This document shows, one piece after another, positions 42,550 to 52,782 of a stretch of 64,000 bases of DNA. The notes under the pieces are model-generated. The model made no database searches, was not told the DNA's origin, and worked only from the letters and a program-made list of their open reading frames with translations. Source of the DNA: Phycisphaerae bacterium (GTDB lineage Bacteria > Planctomycetota > Phycisphaerae > WQYP01); the NCBI GenBank assembly GCA_038248985.1, contig JBBRWV010000003.1, positions 437 through 64,436 of the forward strand, written 5' to 3'. How positions within the stretch are numbered: the first letter of the stretch is position 1; every line of letters starts with the position of its first letter. Position numbers and translations under genes: made by a program.

Positions 42550-43638
42550 ATGCCTGATAAACCCCCCATCGCCCTGACGTACAAAGATTCGGGAGTGGAC
42601 GTTTCCGCCGGTGCAGAAGCGGCCGATCAAACCGAGCATCTGGTGAAGCGCACGCACTCCTCACGCGTCCTGAAATCGTGCGGCGGATGCGCCGGCCTGT
42701 TTCGCCTCGATTTTCCCGAAAAACTCTTCGCCCGCAATTACAAAGAACCCGTCCTGATCTCCTGCGCCAACGGGGTCGGCACCAAAATAAAAATCGCCGC
42801 CGCCATGAAAAAATACGACACCGTCGGCATCGACCTCGTCGCCCTGAATATCAACGACCTGCTGGCCCAGGGCGGAGAACCACTCTTCTTCCGCAACTAT
42901 CTGGCCCAGCACAAGATTGATCCGCTCGTCACCGCGCAGTTGCTCAAGGGCGTATCCGACGGCTGCATGGAAGCAGGTTGCTCTCTGCTCGCCGGTGGCT
43001 CCGGCGAGCTGGCCGAAATGCCGGACATCTATGCCGCCGGCAATTTTGACCTTTCTGGCTTTGCCGTCGGCGTCGCGGAAAAATCCCGCCTTCTCGATGG
43101 CACCACCATCGAGGCCGGAGATTCGGTCATCGGCCTCGCCTCCAGCGGCCTGCACGCCAATGGCTACGCCCTCGTCCGAAAAATCGTGCAGAAAACCGGC
43201 CTGAAGTTCGACGCATTTGTACCGGAACTAAAATGCCCCCTCGGCGAAGAATTGCTCCGCCCCACGCGCATCTACGCCAAAGCCGTGCAGGGCGTGCTGA
43301 AAAATTACCGCGTCAAAAAAATCATCAAGGCAATGATCCACATCGCCGGCGGCGGCTTACCAGGCAACCTGCCCCGCGTCCTGCCCGAAGGTTTCTCCGT
43401 ACGCATCAAACGCGATGCCTGGGATGTGCCGGCGATCTTCGGCTGGCTGCAAAAAAACGGCCCCGTCGATGGCGAAGAAATGCTCCGCGTCTTCAACATG
43501 GGCATCGGCTACGTGCTCATTGTCCGGCCGACATTTACCAAAGCCATCTTGAGCCATCTGCGGGCCCTGGGCGAAAAACCCTGCTTCCTCGGAAAAGTAC
43601 GCAAGGCCCCCGGTGAAGGAAAAGTGGAGTGGAGCTGA
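42550..43638 (+). CDS. purM: phosphoribosylformylglycinamidine cyclo-ligase (AIR synthetase)
   Basis: start MPDKPP; YKDSGVDV, GVGTK and conserved PurM N- and C-domain motifs. Confidence 0.9.
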   Translation: MPDKPPIALTYKDSGVDVSAGAEAADQTEHLVKRTHSSRVLKSCGGCAGLFRLDFPEKLFARNYKEPVLISCANGVGTKIKIAAAMKKYDTVGIDLVALNINDLLAQGGEPLFFRNYLAQHKIDPLVTAQLLKGVSDGCMEAGCSLLAGGSGELAEMPDIYAAGNFDLSGFAVGVAEKSRLLDGTTIEAGDSVIGLASSGLHANGYALVRKIVQKTGLKFDAFVPELKCPLGEELLRPTRIYAKAVQGVLKNYRVKKIIKAMIHIAGGGLPGNLPRVLPEGFSVRIKRDAWDVPAIFGWLQKNGPVDGEEMLRVFNMGIGYVLIVRPTFTKAILSHLRALGEKPCFLGKVRKAPGEGKVEWS

Positions 43639-43689
43639 GCGCCTCCGCTGCAAAATCAAAATCCCCCTCCACGCGCCCCATGCCTCCGC

Positions 43690-44949
43690 CTACTTCTCAC
43701 CAATACTGAAAAGATGCACCTTCCCCCGCACATACATGCGCCCCTTGCCAAACGCCGGCTGGCTGTCGATCTTCTCCCCCAGTGACGCCGTCCCCAACTT
43801 CTTAAATTCCTTGCTCACCGCGAAACGGTGCATCGTCCCCTCCCGGTCAAATATCCACAGCTCCGCACCCACGATCATCGGCGATGACCGCAAATACACC
43901 GGCTTCGTTTCCGTGCCGATATCTTCATCCCACAGCGTCTCCCCCGTGGCAAAATCAAAACACCCCAGCAGCCCGTTATCCGCCGCAGTGAAAACGAATT
44001 GCCCGTTCGCCACCGGACTGGCGCACTCCGGCATTTCCACATCATCCGATTTCCACTTGCGTTTGGCCTTCGTCACCTCGCCGCGCGCATCCAATGAAAT
44101 CGCCGTCAAATCCATGCGATTGGCACACACAAACACCACCCCATCCGCCACCGCCGGCGTGGAAGCCGTATCCACTCCCAAACATTTCGCCCGCCACAGT
44201 TCCTTCCCCGTATCCGCATCGTAACCAATCGCCCACGGATCGCCCGCCGTCACGATCTGCCGCTCCCCCTTCTCGCCATGCTTGACCACCAGCGGCGAAG
44301 CCCAGCTATTCGGCACCGGCCGCGGCGTTTCCCACACCGTCTTCCCCGTCGCCGTCTCAATGCAATATAGCCGCGATTTGTTCTCCTTGGCCATCTCGCC
44401 AATGTCATACTGAATGATCGCGCGGCCCCCATCCACCGCCGGGCTCGATGCGAAACCATACGCACTTTCCGGAATCCCCAAATTGCGCGACCACAAAATC
44501 TTCCCCGCCAAATCAAGCCCCGCAATGTCGCCATTAGCAAACGCCACCACCACATGCTTGCCATCCGATGCCGGCGTCGGCGCCGCATATCCCGTATCAG
44601 ACATCGGCTCCCGTTCTAGTTCCTTCGTGCCCAGTTCCACGTCCGTCTGCCATACCATTTTTCCTGTCTCAGCGTTGAGACAATACACGGATCGTTTGTT
44701 TTGATTCCCTCCCGTCAGCAGAACCTTGTCACCAATAAGTATCGGCGAGCTCTCCCCCCGCAGCGGCAGCGCCACCTTCCAGAGCACATGCTTGTTCGCG
44801 CCACCATCAAAATCCGTCGGAACAGTCTTCGCCACTTCGCCCGTCACCCGCGCCGCGTCTGGCCCGCGAAAAATTGGCCAATCCGCAGCAGCAGCAGCAG
44901 CCGAAGAAAAAAGCAGCATCCCCAGAATACATGTTCGTAGCGCTCTCAT
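43690..44949 (-). CDS. PQQ-like beta-propeller repeat protein (BamB-like), secreted
   Basis: start MRALRTCILGMLLFSSAAAAAADWP (signal peptide); repeated ...WQT/WRA... beta-propeller blades typical of the PQQ_2/BamB family. Confidence 0.7.
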   Translation of the reverse strand: MRALRTCILGMLLFSSAAAAAADWPIFRGPDAARVTGEVAKTVPTDFDGGANKHVLWKVALPLRGESSPILIGDKVLLTGGNQNKRSVYCLNAETGKMVWQTDVELGTKELEREPMSDTGYAAPTPASDGKHVVVAFANGDIAGLDLAGKILWSRNLGIPESAYGFASSPAVDGGRAIIQYDIGEMAKENKSRLYCIETATGKTVWETPRPVPNSWASPLVVKHGEKGERQIVTAGDPWAIGYDADTGKELWRAKCLGVDTASTPAVADGVVFVCANRMDLTAISLDARGEVTKAKRKWKSDDVEMPECASPVANGQFVFTAADNGLLGCFDFATGETLWDEDIGTETKPVYLRSSPMIVGAELWIFDREGTMHRFAVSKEFKKLGTASLGEKIDSQPAFGKGRMYVRGKVHLFSIGEK

Positions 44950-45431
44950 TTCGCTGGAATCTCCTGAGCAGGTAGCACAAGTACGACGTTCAGCCCCTTC
45001 GACTGGAGTTGTACCTGCCAAGCGCAGGCATTCTGATGCAGCAGCGTCCACGTGCCCGCCGCGACCCGCCGAACCATTCCCCGGCCGCCCGAGATCGGCC
45101 CTTCGTAATCAAGATACATCCGCCGATGATCCCCGATGCGCGTACACGACAGTTTAACGCCTGAACGGCCAACATCTTCCGGTGTAGTATGCACGCGCCA
45201 AGTGGCCAGTTTTTCCTGATCCGGAATTTCCAACAGCAAGTCCCAATGCGGTTCAGGCACCTCCACATGGTGCAAAAACGCAAATCGCGGCCCCTCGGTA
45301 GGGGGGCGCAACGCCTGCCTCGCTTCTGTTTCACGAGCGTCCGGTTTGATTTCATTCTTCATCATGCCTTGCCAATCTTTGGCCCGATGATACCATCCAA
45401 GAATTAATCCCTTCATTCGGAGAGAATCCAC

Positions 45432-46208
45432 ATGATGTTTCAGAAACTGACCCTGCACAAGTCCTTGTCCATTCTATGCGTGATGATGGCCCTCGCCCTC
45501 CTCGGCGGCTGCATGCCCAACGTGCAGAAGTTCCGCGAGAAGGGCATCTCGCTGTATCAGCAGGAACAATACGACCTCTCGCTGGCCGCCCTCGATACCG
45601 CCCTCAGCTACGATGAGCTCGATCCCGCCTCCAACACCTACGCCGGCTTGATCCACTATCGCGCCGGCAATTATGAGCAGGCGACTTATCACTTCAAAAC
45701 CGCCCTCCAACGCGATCCCTCCAGTGAGGAAGCCAAGGCCGGCTTGACCTCGGCGTGTATCAAACGTGGTAAACCCGACCTCGCACTGGATTACCTCGAA
45801 CGCGCCAGCGAGATGGCCTTGACCGTCGAAGATCCGCGCTGGCGCAAAAACATCGCTAACCGTCGCTACATGCATCAGACCGACGAAAAACTTTTTCTCG
45901 GCAAGGTCGGCGATCGTCTCCGCATCGGTTCAACTTATGAAAAACTGGGCGATTACGACAATGCCCTCGTCTACTACAAAAAAGCTGAAGAACGCGAGCC
46001 CGACAATGTGAACGTGCTCCTGTCGATCATCTCAGTGTACGAAAAGGGCGGAAATAAGGCCGGTTGCCGCGAGTACCTCATCAAAACCTACCGCGTGGAC
46101 CCCGCCGCCCCCGGCCTCGCGGAAAAATTGACCAAGCACGGCGTGGCCATCTCAGAAATAATCGGATCTGGCGCGGCACCCGCTCCATTGGTTACGCCCG
46201 TGAACTAA
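45432..46208 (+). CDS. tetratricopeptide-repeat lipoprotein
   Basis: lipobox ALALLGGC; several TPR-like helices (AGLIHYRAGNYEQATYHFKTALQRDP, LGDYDNALVYYKKAEEREPDN). Confidence 0.65.
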   Translation: MMFQKLTLHKSLSILCVMMALALLGGCMPNVQKFREKGISLYQQEQYDLSLAALDTALSYDELDPASNTYAGLIHYRAGNYEQATYHFKTALQRDPSSEEAKAGLTSACIKRGKPDLALDYLERASEMALTVEDPRWRKNIANRRYMHQTDEKLFLGKVGDRLRIGSTYEKLGDYDNALVYYKKAEEREPDNVNVLLSIISVYEKGGNKAGCREYLIKTYRVDPAAPGLAEKLTKHGVAISEIIGSGAAPAPLVTPVN

Positions 46209-46245
46209 AAATACTCCACCAAGCCTGGCCGGAATTGCGAATCAA

Positions 46246-46804
46246 AATGAACGAGGGATTCTCTGAACGTCTGGCGATCGAAGCCGCATCCGCACGGGAT
46301 CGTTGGTACGCGCTAGCCTTCGCACGCTCGGAATCTCCTGCCGCAGCGGAACACCTTCTCTTGAAAATCGTGCGCGCAGTGCTGCAATTCACCACTGCGC
46401 AAACCGTCCGCCAGGTGGAAGCCGAACTCCTCCAACTCCCCATTCTTCGAGCCGACCTCGCCGACCCAGCCGAATCCATGCCCGCTGACGTCTGGGCACG
46501 CCTCTCCGCCGCCATTCAGTTTGAAGTCGCCCAACGCCAAAGTATCACCGCCGACGGTAAAAGCGCCGCTACCGATCCGCTTCTCGTACCGAAAAAATCT
46601 GCCCCACGCGCCGACGATGAAGATGGCCTCGCCTGGTCCCCCTCGATACGTTTCCTTATCGTAACCGGCACCGCCCTCGTCCTTGGCATCGTCCTGACCT
46701 TCTATATCGTTACGCGAAAATCCTCGAATCCGTTTCCTGCCACCGCCCCTCAATCCTCACCCGCCACCGCCCCGGCCACAACTCCGGCGATGACCGCACC
46801 CTGA
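46246..46804 (+). CDS. hypothetical membrane-anchored protein (C-terminal TM, Pro/Ala/Thr-rich tail)
   Basis: start MNEGFSER 38 nt after TPR gene stop; single TM (FLIVTGTALVLGIVLTFYIV) near C-terminus; no recognised domain. Confidence 0.35.
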
Positions 46805-46873
46805 TTGTGTCGATACAGAATAATCGACACTCTGCACCCTGCTTTTATCGTGTACAAAATTTTGGGAGTCATA

Positions 46874-48025
46874 ATGGACGACATTCACATTCCCCTCTCC
46901 AGCCCCGACATCACCGACGCCGAAATCAACGCCGTCGTCGACGTCCTGCGCACCCGCCACCTCTCGCTCGGCCCCAAAGGCCCCGAATTCGAAGACTGCT
47001 TCCGACGCTACCTCGGCGTCGATCACGCCATCGCCGTAAACTCTGGCACCGCCGGCCTCCATTGCTGCCTCCTCGCCTTGGGCATCGGCCCCGGTGACGA
47101 AGTGATCACCACCCCCTTCTCCTTCATCGCCAGTTCCAACGTCATCAAAATGGTCGGCGCTAAACCCGTCTTCGTCGACATCGAAAGCACCTCCCTCAAC
47201 ATGGATGTCACCCGCGTCGAGAAAGCCATCACCGACCAAACTAAGGCCGTCCTCGGCGTCGAAGCCTTCGGCAACCCCGGCGAAATGGACCGCCTTGCCA
47301 TGCTCGCCGCTCGCTACGAAATCCCCTTCGTCGAGGACTCCTGCGAAGGCCTCGGCTCCTCCCACAAGGGCCGCAAAGTCGGCACCTTCGGCCGCTGCGG
47401 CGTCTTCGGCTTCTATCCCAACAAGCAAATCACCACCGGCGAAGGCGGCATGATCGTCACCAACGACACCAAGCTCGCCGACCTCTGCCGCAGCTATCGC
47501 AATCAAGGCCGCGACCCCGGCAGCGCCGGCGGTTGGCTCAGCCACGACCGCCTCGGCTACAACTACCGCCTCTCCGACATCAACTGCGCCATCGGCATCG
47601 TCCAGATGCAACGCCTCGAACACATCGTCGATGCCCGCCAGCGCGTCGCCCACAGCTACATCAATCACCTGCTCGACGAATCTCACATCATCCTCCCCAC
47701 CATCGATGCCCAAACCGTCATGAGCTGGTTCGTCTTCATCGTCCGCCTCACCGACGAATTCGATCGCTCCGATCGTGACGCCATCCTCCTTTACCTTCGC
47801 AACCATCACATCGGCTGTTCCAACTACTTCCCACCCATTCACCTCCAACCCTTCTACGCCCTGGAATACGGCTACACTCGCGGCGATTTCCCCGTTACCG
47901 AATATGTCTCCGACCGCACCATCGCCCTCCCTTTTCACGGCGCTGTCAGCGAGGAGGACATCGAAACCGTCGTCCATCACCTCAAACAGGGCATTGAAAT
48001 TCGCTTAAAGGCCAAAGTCGCCTGA
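46874..48025 (+). CDS. DegT/DnrJ/EryC1/StrS-family PLP-dependent sugar aminotransferase
   Basis: start MDDIHIPLSSP; typical family N-terminus (LSSPDITDAEINAVVDVLRT..LS.G), PFSFIASSN and catalytic Lys region NKQITTGEGGMIVTND. Confidence 0.85.
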   Translation: MDDIHIPLSSPDITDAEINAVVDVLRTRHLSLGPKGPEFEDCFRRYLGVDHAIAVNSGTAGLHCCLLALGIGPGDEVITTPFSFIASSNVIKMVGAKPVFVDIESTSLNMDVTRVEKAITDQTKAVLGVEAFGNPGEMDRLAMLAARYEIPFVEDSCEGLGSSHKGRKVGTFGRCGVFGFYPNKQITTGEGGMIVTNDTKLADLCRSYRNQGRDPGSAGGWLSHDRLGYNYRLSDINCAIGIVQMQRLEHIVDARQRVAHSYINHLLDESHIILPTIDAQTVMSWFVFIVRLTDEFDRSDRDAILLYLRNHHIGCSNYFPPIHLQPFYALEYGYTRGDFPVTEYVSDRTIALPFHGAVSEEDIETVVHHLKQGIEIRLKAKVA

Positions 48026-48149
48026 TCGCCCGCGCTTACCGGCGACCTCACCTTCTCTAGCCTTCCTCCCCGTTTAGGGAGTTGCCCCAAATCAGGTTTT
48101 CGTGGATAGTTCAGGGGCCTCATCTCCAAATGGGTCCCTTGGGCTTACG

Positions 48150-50849
48150 ATGATGACTAACGGTGAAAAACCTTCGCCAAGCCGTGCGCTGATGCGCCAC
48201 GCTGTTGGACCGCTCACCATTATTCTGGCCTCTGCGATCGCCTTGGGACTCCATGCGCTGGATATTTACAGCGTTCCCAACCCGGGGACCTTGCTCACCC
48301 TCTTCCTCATGCTCGTCGCTCTCCTCGCACCGCCCGCGTCCGCATGGCTCAGTTTCGTCACGGCCTCTGCACTCATCTGGCCCCTGTTGCACCATCTTCA
48401 ACCCCTGGGCAATACCGATTCTCCCACCCTGTTTGTGAACATAATCTTGGTATTTGCCGCGGTCGTCGCCATCGGCCAGTTCTTTCGCCGCCGCTATGTC
48501 CGCGCCTTGTCCGCCCCGCGCCATGCTGAACAGGAACTCTTCAAGGCCATCATGGCCTCCCTGCATGATGCCATCGTCGAGACCGACTGGCAGGGGATCC
48601 GCAGCGTCAATGACAGCTTCTGCACCATGACCGGTTTTTCCCGCGCAGAACTCCTCGGTGCCAAACCCCCTTTCCCCTTCTGGCCCCCCGAACAATACGC
48701 CTCCATCGCCACCGCCCTCGAAAGCTCCATGCGCGGCCAGCGTCTCGATTTCGAACTGGTGCTCATCCGCAAAAATGGTCAGCGCTTCCCCGTCTTACTC
48801 AGCGTCTCGCGCATTCTGGATGGTTCCACAACCGCCCCCCGAATTCTCTACAGCTTTCGCGACATCACCGAAATCAAGGCCGCTCACCAACAGATCCAGG
48901 ACTTTCAGCAGCGCTTCGCCATGCTTGTCGAACGCACCCCCCTCGGCGTCATTTTTTGGAACATCCGCGGCGAAATCATGGAATGGAATCCCGCCGCCGA
49001 ACGCATCTTCGGCTACTCCTCCGCCCATGCCGTCGGGCAAAGCTGGAAAATGCTGGTCCCCGTGTACCTTCAGAACAAGATGGCCGCCACCTGGCACCAG
49101 ATAATTGACCAGACTGGCCCCAATCGCACCGACTCCGAAAATCTCCATGCCGATGGCCGTCGCCTCTTTGTGGAGTGGTACACCTCCGTCCTCGTCGATG
49201 CCCAGGGCCACGTCGTGGGTGCCGCCTCCCTCTGCCACGATGTCACCGAACGCCGACGCGTCGAACGCCTCCTCGCCGCTCAGGGCGAAGTGCTCGAACG
49301 CCTCGCGCTCGGTGCCGACCTCCCCGCCATCTTGCTCCTCCTGGTCAACATGGTCGAAGAGTATCTGCCCGACGGAAAATGCGCCGTCCTCCTCGTGAAT
49401 CCCGATCAAAAAACGCTGCACGTGGCCGCCGCCCCCAATCTCCCCGCCGACTACAACGCCGCCGTGGACGGCTTTGCCATCGGCCCCGACCTAGCCAGTT
49501 GCGGCACCGCCGCCCACACCCGCCAACGCGTCCACGTCAGTGACATCCCCACCGATCCCAAATGGGCGCCCTGGAAAGACCTCGCCGCCCGCCACAACCT
49601 GCGCGCCTGTCATTCCGAACCCATCCTCGCCCGCGTTGGCACCGCCCTCGGCACATTCGCTATCTACTTCTCCACCCCCCGCCTCCTGACCGCCTGGGAA
49701 ATCACCGGCCTCGAAACCGCCTGTCGCCTCTCCGCCCTCGCCATCGAACGCCGCCGCGAAGAAGATGCCCTCCGCCACAGCGAACTCCTCCTGCGCCGCC
49801 TCGTCGATTCCAATATCATCGGCGTCACCGTCTCCGATGCCCACCGCATCCACGACGCCAACGACCTCTTCCTCGCCATGGTCGGTTACACCCGCGCTGA
49901 ACTCCTCCACGGCGACTTGCAACGCTCCCGTCTTGTACCGCCCGACGCCGCCGCCGTTGAACAACTCGCCGTATCCGAAATGTCCTCCCGCGGCGCCGCC
50001 AACCCCGCCAAAAAAGAGTATGTCCGCAAAGATGGCTCGCGCGTCCCCGTGCTCGTCGGCGCCGCCACCATCGCCGTCGATCCCTTGAAATGGATCGCCT
50101 TCGTCGTCGATCTCTCCGAAGAAAAACGCATCGCCGCCGAACTGCGCGACGCCCGGGAAGTCGCCGAAATCGCCAACCGCACCAAGGATCGCTTCCTCAA
50201 ACTCCTCAGCCACGAACTCCGCAGTCCCCTCACTCCTATCCTCACCCTCGCCGGCCTGCTCAAGGACGACAGTCGCCTCCCGCCCGACACCCGCGCCGAC
50301 ATGGAAACCATCCGCCGCAACGCCGAAACCGAAGCCCGTCTCGTCGACAACCTCCTCGAACTGGTCCGCATCGCCCAGGGGCGACTCTCACCCGATATCG
50401 CCCTCACCCTGCGCAATATGCACGGAACCATGCGCGACGCCGCAACGGTCGATGCCCCGTCTGCCCCTTCCCAGGAAAACCTCGCCGCCCTCCGCATCCT
50501 CCTCGTCGAAGACCACGAGGATACCTCCCGCGTTCTCGCCCGCGTCCTCACCAGCCGCGGCCACCACGTCGTCAAGGCCGCCACCTGCCGCGCCGCCCTC
50601 GCGGAAATCTCCGCCGTCCCCTTTGACTTCGTCATCTCCGACATCGGCCTCCCCGACGGTTCCGGCGTCGAACTCATCCGCGAAATCCTTAAGCGAAAAA
50701 CCATCCCCGCCATCGCCCTCTCCGGCTTCGCCAGCGAAGACGATGTCCGACAGTCCCGCGAAGCAGGATTCATGGAACATCTCATCAAGCCCGTGGATTT
50801 CGACACCCTCTACGCCGCCATCGCCCGCCACACCAACCCCGCCAAGTAA
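48150..50849 (+). CDS. multi-PAS/GAF hybrid sensor with HisKA (DHp) domain and C-terminal receiver domain but no recognisable HATPase_c catalytic domain
   Basis: N-terminal TM region, repeated PAS-like segments, GAF-like region, H-box LLSHELRSPLTPI; only ~40 residues separate the DHp helices from a canonical REC domain (ILLVEDHEDT...DFVISDIGLPDGSG...KP); N/G1/F/G2 ATP-binding boxes not found. Confidence 0.75.
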   Translation: MMTNGEKPSPSRALMRHAVGPLTIILASAIALGLHALDIYSVPNPGTLLTLFLMLVALLAPPASAWLSFVTASALIWPLLHHLQPLGNTDSPTLFVNIILVFAAVVAIGQFFRRRYVRALSAPRHAEQELFKAIMASLHDAIVETDWQGIRSVNDSFCTMTGFSRAELLGAKPPFPFWPPEQYASIATALESSMRGQRLDFELVLIRKNGQRFPVLLSVSRILDGSTTAPRILYSFRDITEIKAAHQQIQDFQQRFAMLVERTPLGVIFWNIRGEIMEWNPAAERIFGYSSAHAVGQSWKMLVPVYLQNKMAATWHQIIDQTGPNRTDSENLHADGRRLFVEWYTSVLVDAQGHVVGAASLCHDVTERRRVERLLAAQGEVLERLALGADLPAILLLLVNMVEEYLPDGKCAVLLVNPDQKTLHVAAAPNLPADYNAAVDGFAIGPDLASCGTAAHTRQRVHVSDIPTDPKWAPWKDLAARHNLRACHSEPILARVGTALGTFAIYFSTPRLLTAWEITGLETACRLSALAIERRREEDALRHSELLLRRLVDSNIIGVTVSDAHRIHDANDLFLAMVGYTRAELLHGDLQRSRLVPPDAAAVEQLAVSEMSSRGAANPAKKEYVRKDGSRVPVLVGAATIAVDPLKWIAFVVDLSEEKRIAAELRDAREVAEIANRTKDRFLKLLSHELRSPLTPILTLAGLLKDDSRLPPDTRADMETIRRNAETEARLVDNLLELVRIAQGRLSPDIALTLRNMHGTMRDAATVDAPSAPSQENLAALRILLVEDHEDTSRVLARVLTSRGHHVVKAATCRAALAEISAVPFDFVISDIGLPDGSGVELIREILKRKTIPAIALSGFASEDDVRQSREAGFMEHLIKPVDFDTLYAAIARHTNPAK

Positions 50850-50892
50850 AAACTCCCGCCCCCACAACTTCCGCGCGCCGTCGCCTACCCCC

Positions 50893-51165
50893 TCACCCCT
50901 TATCCAAATTGCTCCCCAAATTATTCCCCAGGATGCTCCCTGTATCCAGCGGCTCCACCCTCACCCCCTCCGGCGTTGCCGTCAATTGCTCGATCCGCTT
51001 CTCCGCCCGATCCAGAATCCCCCGGCACCGCTTCACCAGTTCCATCCCCTGCTCGTATTTCGCCAGCGATTCCTCCAGCCCGATCTGCCCCGACTCAATC
51101 GCCACCACGATCTGCTCGAGCTGCGCCACCGATTCTTCAAACGTGATCTTTTGTTCTTTTGCCAT
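50893..51165 (-). CDS. xseB: exodeoxyribonuclease VII small subunit
   Basis: start MAKEQKITFEES; FEESVAQLEQIV...LEESLAKYEQGMELVKRC matches the XseB helical hairpin consensus. Confidence 0.8.
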   Translation of the reverse strand: MAKEQKITFEESVAQLEQIVVAIESGQIGLEESLAKYEQGMELVKRCRGILDRAEKRIEQLTATPEGVRVEPLDTGSILGNNLGSNLDKG

Positions 51166-51243
51166 ATCCCTAAGTCTCAAGGTTCCCGTGAAAACTTGCA
51201 AGTCCAAACCAACGCCCTAATCCTGCGCCCCAATCCCGCTCCT

Positions 51244-52782
51244 TCAAAACAGCCTCTGCTGCTTCAGCTTCCCCACCGTCGATTCAATCGTCCCGTCCGC
51301 CACCCGCGTCCGCAAAATATCCCCCGTGACCACGTCCGCCGCGCTCCGAATAATCTTCCCGCCCTGATCCGTCGTAATCGAATAGCCCCGCTCCAGCACC
51401 GCCTGCGGACTCACCATCCGTAGTTGCTCCGCCAACGATCCAACCCGCAACCCCACACCACTCATCCGCCCGCCCACCGCCGCGCCCAGCATCTCCTCCA
51501 AACGCTTCACCCGATCATGCAACTGCGGCAACCTCCGCCCCGGCGACGCCCGCTCCAGTCGCCGCCCCGCCCCGCTCAGCCGCTCACTCCCCGCGCGCCT
51601 CGCCGCGCCCACCACCTCCCCCAAATTCCGCTGCGCCTCCTCCACCCGCCGCCACCCCTGCGCAATCGCATGCCGCGGCTCGATCCGCTCCACATTCCGC
51701 GTCAACTGCTCCAGCCGCACCATCCGCCGCCGCAACGCTTCCCGTATTCCCTGCGTCATCGCCCCCGCCAGCGCCTTCCCCTCCGCCCCCGCCAGCTCCA
51801 CCATCCGCCCCATATCCCGCGTCAGCAAATTCCGCATCCCCTCGATCTCACCCCCAATCGCCCGCACATCCGGTATCGTCAACTCCGTCACCCCCGTTGG
51901 CGTAGCACCACGCAAATCCCCCACCAGATCCGCAATCGTCGTGTCCGGCTCATGCCCAATCCCCGTCGCAATAGGAATCCGTGACGCCACAATCGCCCGC
52001 GCCACCGCCTCCTCATTAAACGCCCACAAATCTTCCAGCGATCCCCCGCCTCGCACCAGCAAGATCAAATCCGCCTGCAGCTTCTCCTGGTGCCGATTGA
52101 TCTTCTGAATCGCTCTCACAATCTCCGCCACCGCCTGCTCCCCCTGCACCCGCACCGCATACAGCATCGTGTGCAATCCCGGATACCGCCGATACGCCGT
52201 CGTCAACACATCATGCAGCACATCCCCCGTCCGACTCGTCACGATCACCACCCGCTGCGGCAACCGCGGTATCGGTCGCTTCCGACTCGCCTCAAACAAC
52301 CCCTCCTCCCGCAACTTCACGCACAATTGCCGAAACGCCAGCTCCAATGCCCCCGCCCCCAATGGCAACAACGTCTCCACGTACAACTGCAACTTCCCCT
52401 GCGGCTCATACAATTTCACATTCCCCCGCGCAATCACCGTCATTCCATCCTTCGGCTTAAACTTCAGCCGCGCCAGCGCATCCTTCCAGATCACGCACGG
52501 CAACTCCGCCCCCGGCTCCTTCAACGTAAAAAAAGCATGACCCCGATCATACGTTCGAAAATTCGAAATCTCCCCCTGGATATACATCACCGGTGGCAGC
52601 GTCGCCGCCAGCAACTGCTGCAGCATCGCGTTGATCCCCCGTATCGACAGCGGCCGCTCCGCCGTCCCCCCCGGCAGCGCAAATTCCTCGAGCGCATCCT
52701 CCAGCGCATCGTCGATCAAATCCTCATCGAGACTCTCATCCTCCCCGCCATCATCGCCGGCATTTCCATCAACACCCTTCAC
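51244..52782 (-). CDS. xseA: exodeoxyribonuclease VII large subunit (with acidic N-terminal extension)
   Basis: OB-fold region (VMYIQGEISNF...HAFFTLKE), tRNA_anti-like and ExoVII_L catalytic region; immediately upstream of xseB. Confidence 0.85.
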   Translation of the reverse strand: MKGVDGNAGDDGGEDESLDEDLIDDALEDALEEFALPGGTAERPLSIRGINAMLQQLLAATLPPVMYIQGEISNFRTYDRGHAFFTLKEPGAELPCVIWKDALARLKFKPKDGMTVIARGNVKLYEPQGKLQLYVETLLPLGAGALELAFRQLCVKLREEGLFEASRKRPIPRLPQRVVIVTSRTGDVLHDVLTTAYRRYPGLHTMLYAVRVQGEQAVAEIVRAIQKINRHQEKLQADLILLVRGGGSLEDLWAFNEEAVARAIVASRIPIATGIGHEPDTTIADLVGDLRGATPTGVTELTIPDVRAIGGEIEGMRNLLTRDMGRMVELAGAEGKALAGAMTQGIREALRRRMVRLEQLTRNVERIEPRHAIAQGWRRVEEAQRNLGEVVGAARRAGSERLSGAGRRLERASPGRRLPQLHDRVKRLEEMLGAAVGGRMSGVGLRVGSLAEQLRMVSPQAVLERGYSITTDQGGKIIRSAADVVTGDILRTRVADGTIESTVGKLKQQRLF

